A stretch of 32,000 nucleotides of DNA from Candidatus Saccharimonadota bacterium (GTDB taxonomy: Bacteria > Patescibacteriota > Gracilibacteria > Absconditabacterales > Absconditicoccaceae), in assembly GCA_030429145.1 (NCBI GenBank), contig JAUIDC010000001.1, forward strand, positions 540,001 to 572,000, read 5' to 3'. A program made the translations under genes and the position numbers. Below the pieces are notes generated by a model that did not search any database, was not told the origin of the DNA, and saw only the letters and a program-made list of their open reading frames with translations. Shown here piece by piece: positions 27,577 through 32,000 of the stretch. The number at the start of each line of letters is the position of its first letter. The stretch's first letter is position 1.

Positions 27577-29724
27577 CTATTTTACATCAGTAGTGATAAA
27601 CTCTTTTTCGAATGGTGAGGCAAGTACTTTGATAGCAACGTGTTGATTGCCGGCAAAGAGTACTCATTCACCAATGCCCGCCGCAACGAGTCTTTGTTTC
27701 TCGGCATCAGATAGTCCTACAACGCTATTGAGTTCTTTGATAGATGCTGTTGATTGTTTAAGGAGGAGCTGTATAGCCGAGTTGGTAATGATTGGTTTTC
27801 CGTATTTTGATTTTGCAAAGTCCTCGATATCCTGTGATATAGTGGTGATACCGAGTCCATACTTTCTTGCTCTTTTGACCATACCATAGAGGAAGTTTGC
27901 AGAGATGTCGTTTTGCATCATAATCCATGCTTCATCCACTACGAGAAGTCTCTTTTCTTTCTTTGATCTTACTTTGGTCCAGATATAGTTGAGGATGTTG
28001 TACATCGCTGGTGTTTTAAGCGCCTCGTCGAGATCTCTAATAGAGAAGACAGTAAGTCCTGTGTTGAAGTCAACATTGGTTTGGTTGTTGAAAAGTTTCC
28101 CGAAAGTACCAGTAACATACTTGCTGAGTCTCACGGCAATGCTGTTTCCACCATCCATACCTTCAAGAACATGAAGGAGATCTTCCATAATAGGAGGCTG
28201 TTTTCCGCTGTAGTCGTCTTGTTCAAAAGTAATCTCTTTGAGTGCATATGTTGACTGTAGTGCACGGTCGAGTAGTGCTTCTTCTTCAGGAGAAAGACCT
28301 CCAATAAGTACTGAAATCAGACCAATGAGACTCATAATTTGTGTTCTCAAAAGGTCGCCTTTGCCATATTCGACATCTTCCACCTTAGGAGGTAGGTCAA
28401 ATGGATTGACGTACTGCTGACTGTTGATAGCGATGTTGAGGTATGTTCCACCTACTTTTTCACAAAGAGCTTTATATTCATTTTCTGGGTCGATCACGAT
28501 AGTTGGGATGCCTAAGAGGAGGTATCTCATGATTTCAAGTTTCACGCTGAATGATTTACCGGCACCGGATGTCGCTAGTACGACGCTGTTCCCATTTGGT
28601 AGTTTCTTACTGAAACGGTCAAAGATAATGAGTGAACCAGTCTGCAGGTTTGCACCATACAAGATACCAGTTTGTTCAATCAGATCGTTTGAGATAAATG
28701 GAAAGCTTCCTGCAAGAGAGGTGGTTACCATAGATCTTGTGATGCCTAGTTCATCAAGTGCTAGAGGCATAGTAGCATTGAGCCCCTCGTCCATTCTTTG
28801 GATCGCAGGTTTTACTCTGATACCGTAGCCAGCAATTTTTTGTTCAAGCTTTTTACTTTCTTCTGAGAGCTTCTCTTCTGTTTTGTCGTAGAGAGAAATA
28901 TAACATGATGTCTCAAAATACCTTTCTTCACGAGAAGCGAGTTTCTGTCTAATCTCTTCTACGTCACGGTATTGGAGTTCAACTTCTGTGTCGATAGTGA
29001 TGCCTTTTGAGGCAGACTCATTCATCTCGGCCCTCAGCTGTGTTGAACGTCTCTTAAGCATGCTCTGAATGTCTGCATCTTCTTCTGGATAGATAAACCA
29101 AGACATATCCCATTTATCATAGAAGTTCATCATATCTCTTGTTCGGAGGAAGTCGATATATGAAGGGTAGTTGTGTGCATAGTAGGTTTTACCAAATAGT
29201 CCAGAAAGGTTGATACCTTGTGGTTTTACCTCTCGGTAACTTGGTGCCATGTGTGACTTATAGTCAGAAAGCGATGACACGTACTCTTTTTCTATCTTTT
29301 GAATGTGTTTTCTTAGTTCTGAAGTCATCATCTTGTCGCTATATTGATCCTCAGGCATCTCAATAAGCTTTTTGATTTGTTCGGTAAGGGTCTCGTCTTT
29401 GTGAGCTGCATCAATTGCAGCTTGCTCAGCAGCTTTTTTTGCATCTTGTTGTTTCAGCTTCTTTGGATTACCAAAGAGCCAAGAGAAAAATCTACTGAAA
29501 AATCCTGGTTTCTTCTCTTTTTTCTCCTTTTCGTTTGGCTTGTTCGATGATCCGTCATTTGGGGTAGCTGTGCTAGTTGCCACTCCCGTCTGTCATGTAG
29601 AGGCCTCTTGTGTAGCTAGTTCTTCCTGAACTTGCTGTGCCTCCAATGTCTTTTCGTCGAAATACGGAAATCCTCCCTGAGGGATGAGCTGTGTGTAGTT
29701 TGTGTCATAAACAACATTCAACAT
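27577..29724 (-). CDS. virB4: VirB4/TrbE/CagE-family type IV secretion ATPase
   Basis: Track ORF 27664..29583 extends at both ends through TGAs (27664..27666, 29593..29595), running from ATG 29724 to TAG at 27577..27579 (715 aa). Walker A: VVLATSGAGKSFSVK. Walker B: RLLVVDEAWIMM. Also IDPENEY, GITTISQDIEDF and the C-terminus GIGEGVLFAGNQHVAIKVLASPFEKEFITTD. The N-terminal roughly 110 aa are Lys/Glu-rich with a hydrophobic patch, GFFSRFFSWLFG. Confidence 0.85.
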
Positions 29725-29827
29725 GCGCTTTTCGGTTTTTGTTTTATAAATCTTCTACTATTATAGGGAAATAGTAAAAAACCAGTAATTTTAGCATAGG
29801 ACTGGACGATTACGGCGCAAAAAGAGA

Positions 29828-29858
29828 TTGACACTTTTGTGTAAAATATTTTTAGTAT
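29828..29858 (+). promoter_or_regulatory. weak candidate promoter upstream of fusA
   Basis: A perfect -35 TTGACA (29828..29833), but the best -10 is TAGTAT (29853..29858) after a long 19-nt spacer. It would give a leader of about 225 nt. Confidence 0.25.
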
Positions 29859-30087
29859 GTGTCTGTCGCGTTTAATGTGTTGATTGTCTTAAAAACTTTT
29901 TCGTATTCCCATTGCAATTTAGCGGTAAATCCGTATATATTTGCGTATTGCTTTCGACCATTCCCGATGGTGGGAAAAACGGCAGAAAGATAAGGATTAT
30001 TATGGCACGATGATAGAAGGTTTGTGGCCGTTTGTCATCATGTCATTTTAGTTTTATTTACCATATTTAATTACTTGTTTAACTCCT

Positions 30088-32000
30088 ATGGCAGAATTTA
30101 AACCCTTAAATGTAGTCAGAAATGTAGGTATTATCGCGCATATTGATGCGGGAAAAACTACAACAACTGAGCGTATTCTTTACTATACTGGTAAGAACCA
30201 TAAAATAGGTGAGGTTCACGAAGGTGAAGCTACTATGGACTGGATGGAACAAGAGCAGGAAAGAGGTATTACTATTACTTCTGCTGCGACTACTTGTTTC
30301 TGGAGAGACCACCAGGTAAATATTATCGATACCCCAGGTCACGTGGACTTTACTATTGAGGTAGAGCGTTCTCTTCGTGTTCTCGACGGTGCGGTATGTG
30401 TACTTTCTTCTTCTGACGCTGTACAGCCTCAGACAGAAACAGTATGGAGACAGGCTGATAAATATCACGTGCCTCGTATGTGTTTCGTAAATAAGATCGA
30501 CAAGATCGGTGCAGACTTCAAGATGTGTATTGACGACATCAAAGAGAGACTTTCAGGTAAGGCGGTAGCATTGCAGCTTCCATACGGTGAGTCTTCAGAG
30601 TTTAAAGGTATCGTTAGCCTTTTCTCTATGAGATATTATACGTTTGAAGGTGCAAATGGTGAGCAACAAGTAGAACATGATATCCCTGAAGATTTCAGAG
30701 CAGAGTGTGAAGAGTATAGAGAAAAACTTCTCGATGCTGCTTCTGCATTTGATGATGAACTTGCTGAGAAATATCTTGCAGGTGAGGAGATTTCTATTGA
30801 GCTTTTGAAGAAGGCTATCAGAAAGGGTGTGGTAACAAATGAACTGTATCCTGTACTTGTTGGTTCTGCTCTTAGAAATGCTGGTGTTCAGCTTATGCTT
30901 GATGCTATGGTTGATTTCCTTCCTTCGCCACTTGATATTGGTAATGTACACGGTACAGATATCGATGATCCAGAGAAAAAGATGGAGAGAGAGCCTTCAA
31001 ATAGTGCTCCTGCATCGGCTTTGGCATTTAAGATCATGACGGACCCATTTGTAGGTACATTGACGTTTGTTCGTGTTTACTCAGGTGTAGTGAAATCAGG
31101 TGATTCGTTACTCAATCCAAGAACTGGAAATAGAGAGCGTATCGGACGTTTGCTCTTGATGCATGCAAATAAGAGAGAAGAAGTTTCTGAGATTCCAGCA
31201 GGACACATCTGTGCCTTCCTCGGTCTTAAAGACGTGAAGACGGGTGACACGCTTTGTGATGTGAAAGACACTATCATGCTTGAGCGTATGGAGTTCCCTG
31301 ATCCAGTGATCAATGTGGCAGTAGAGCCTGCTTCAAAGAAAGATCAGGAGAAGATGGGGCTTGGACTTTCAAAGCTTGCATATGAAGATCCTTCATTCCG
31401 TTTCTATACTGATGAGGAGTCTGGACAGACTATCATCGCAGGTATGGGTGAGCTTCACTTGGAAATTATTATTGACCGTTTGAAGAGAGAACATAAGGTA
31501 GAGGCTGTGACTGGTAAGCCACAGGTAGCCTATAGAGAAGCTATCTCTCAAAATGCTGACGGTGAAGGTAAATTCGTTCGTCAGTCTGGTGGACGTGGTC
31601 AGTATGGACATGTACTCATCCATCTTGAAAAGCTTGAAGAAGAAGGAAAGATCTATGAGTTCCGTGATGATGTAACTGGTGGTATCATTCCTAAGGAGTT
31701 TATCCCAGCTATCGATAAGGGTGCTCAGGAGGTTATCAAGCAGGGTCCTATTGCAGGATATCCAGTGATTGGTGTAAGAGTTGCTCCATTTGATGGTTCA
31801 TACCATGATGTAGACTCGTCAGAAGTTGCGTTTAAGGTTGCTACATATAGAGCATTCAAGGATGCCTTCATGAAAGCTGGTCCAACGCTTCTTGAGCCAG
31901 TGATGAGCGTTGAAGTAACAACTCCTGAAGAGTATATGGGTGATGTGATGGGTGACCTTTCTTCAAGAAGAGGACTTATCGGTGCTCAGGATCAGAGAGG
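30088..32000 (+). CDS. fusA: elongation factor G (5' partial; continues beyond the window)
   Basis: ATG at 30088. The frame stays open to the window end, which is probably why the ORF track omits it. Translation: [86 protein letters not shown]... There is no TGA in 637 codons, and Gly is almost always GGT. Track ORFs 30106..31623(-) are antisense shadows. Confidence 0.97.
   Translation, partial: MAEFKPLNVVRNVGIIAHIDAGKTTTTERILYYTGKNHKIGEVHEGEATMDWMEQEQERGITITSAATTCFWRDHQVNIIDTPGHVDFTIEVERSLRVLDGAVCVLSSSDAVQPQTETVWRQADKYHVPRMCFVNKIDKIGADFKMCIDDIKERLSGKAVALQLPYGESSEFKGIVSLFSMRYYTFEGANGEQQVEHDIPEDFRAECEEYREKLLDAASAFDDELAEKYLAGEEISIELLKKAIRKGVVTNELYPVLVGSALRNAGVQLMLDAMVDFLPSPLDIGNVHGTDIDDPEKKMEREPSNSAPASALAFKIMTDPFVGTLTFVRVYSGVVKSGDSLLNPRTGNRERIGRLLLMHANKREEVSEIPAGHICAFLGLKDVKTGDTLCDVKDTIMLERMEFPDPVINVAVEPASKKDQEKMGLGLSKLAYEDPSFRFYTDEESGQTIIAGMGELHLEIIIDRLKREHKVEAVTGKPQVAYREAISQNADGEGKFVRQSGGRGQYGHVLIHLEKLEEEGKIYEFRDDVTGGIIPKEFIPAIDKGAQEVIKQGPIAGYPVIGVRVAPFDGSYHDVDSSEVAFKVATYRAFKDAFMKAGPTLLEPVMSVEVTTPEEYMGDVMGDLSSRRGLIGAQDQR

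Noticed and set aside
29760-29765. A perfect TATAAT on the minus strand 35 nt upstream of the virB4 ATG, considered as a promoter.
   Set aside because: No acceptable -35 lies at 16-19 nt spacing (the best candidate is TTACTG). It is plausible but too weakly supported to list as a feature.
30106-31623. Four minus-strand ORFs (30106..30468, 30595..30951, 31077..31313, 31393..31623).
   Set aside because: They are antisense shadows of fusA, whose plus-strand translation is unmistakably EF-G.
1-32000. The in-frame TGAs could be selenocysteine codons or TGA=Trp (table 4).
   Set aside because: There are far too many of them, in ordinary non-redox proteins, for Sec. They align with Gly in GKGHE, the GxG SAM motif and YPGG. 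TGG remains in use at typical Trp positions.
1-32000. I looked for a mobile element, prophage, CRISPR array or defence island.
   Set aside because: I saw no transposase, integrase or Cas-like translation in any frame under table 25, no spaced direct-repeat array and no inverted terminal repeats. The VirB4 module is flanked by chromosomal-type genes.

Overview
This is a gene-dense, low-GC chromosomal segment with about 38 protein genes and one tRNA. I found no transposase, integrase, CRISPR array or rRNA. The main result is that TGA is read as a sense codon, almost certainly glycine (translation table 25, as in Gracilibacteria/BD1-5 and Absconditabacteria/SR1). By hand count, about 85-90 in-frame TGAs sit inside otherwise continuous reading frames, several on conserved Gly positions (MurE GKGHE, methyltransferase motif I, TsaD YPGG). 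All but one of the gene ends I placed use TAA or TAG; the exception is the hydrolase at 17337..18362. The supplied standard-code ORF track is therefore badly fragmented. It splits holA, a RumA-type methyltransferase, a sigma factor, murE, tsaD, a GT2 synthase, a DinG-like gene and virB4. It misses entirely a 454-aa radical SAM gene (9276..10640, 11 TGAs), a small third-frame gene (1283..1567) and the open-ended fusA (30088..32000). Housekeeping content: holA, efp, RNA methyltransferases, sigma factor, HU, murE-like ligase, tRNA-Leu(CAA), ssb, lepB, Hsp20, tsaD, fusA. Accessory and envelope content falls into three groups. (1) A compact VirB4-centred type IV secretion-like module (25589..29724), with a VirB2/TrbC-like small protein encoded elsewhere (1653..2120). 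(2) A minus-strand operon encoding a DinG-like exonuclease, an HExxH lipoprotein peptidase, a 398-aa orphan surface protein and a processive GT2 synthase. (3) A Wzy_C/O-antigen-ligase-family gene and an orphan type IV pilin. Three TGAs sit exactly where a stop codon would be expected: one forces a 90-codon antisense run into tsaD, and two fuse neighbouring membrane ORFs. All coordinates come from manual translation. Functions are motif-level inferences made without database searches.
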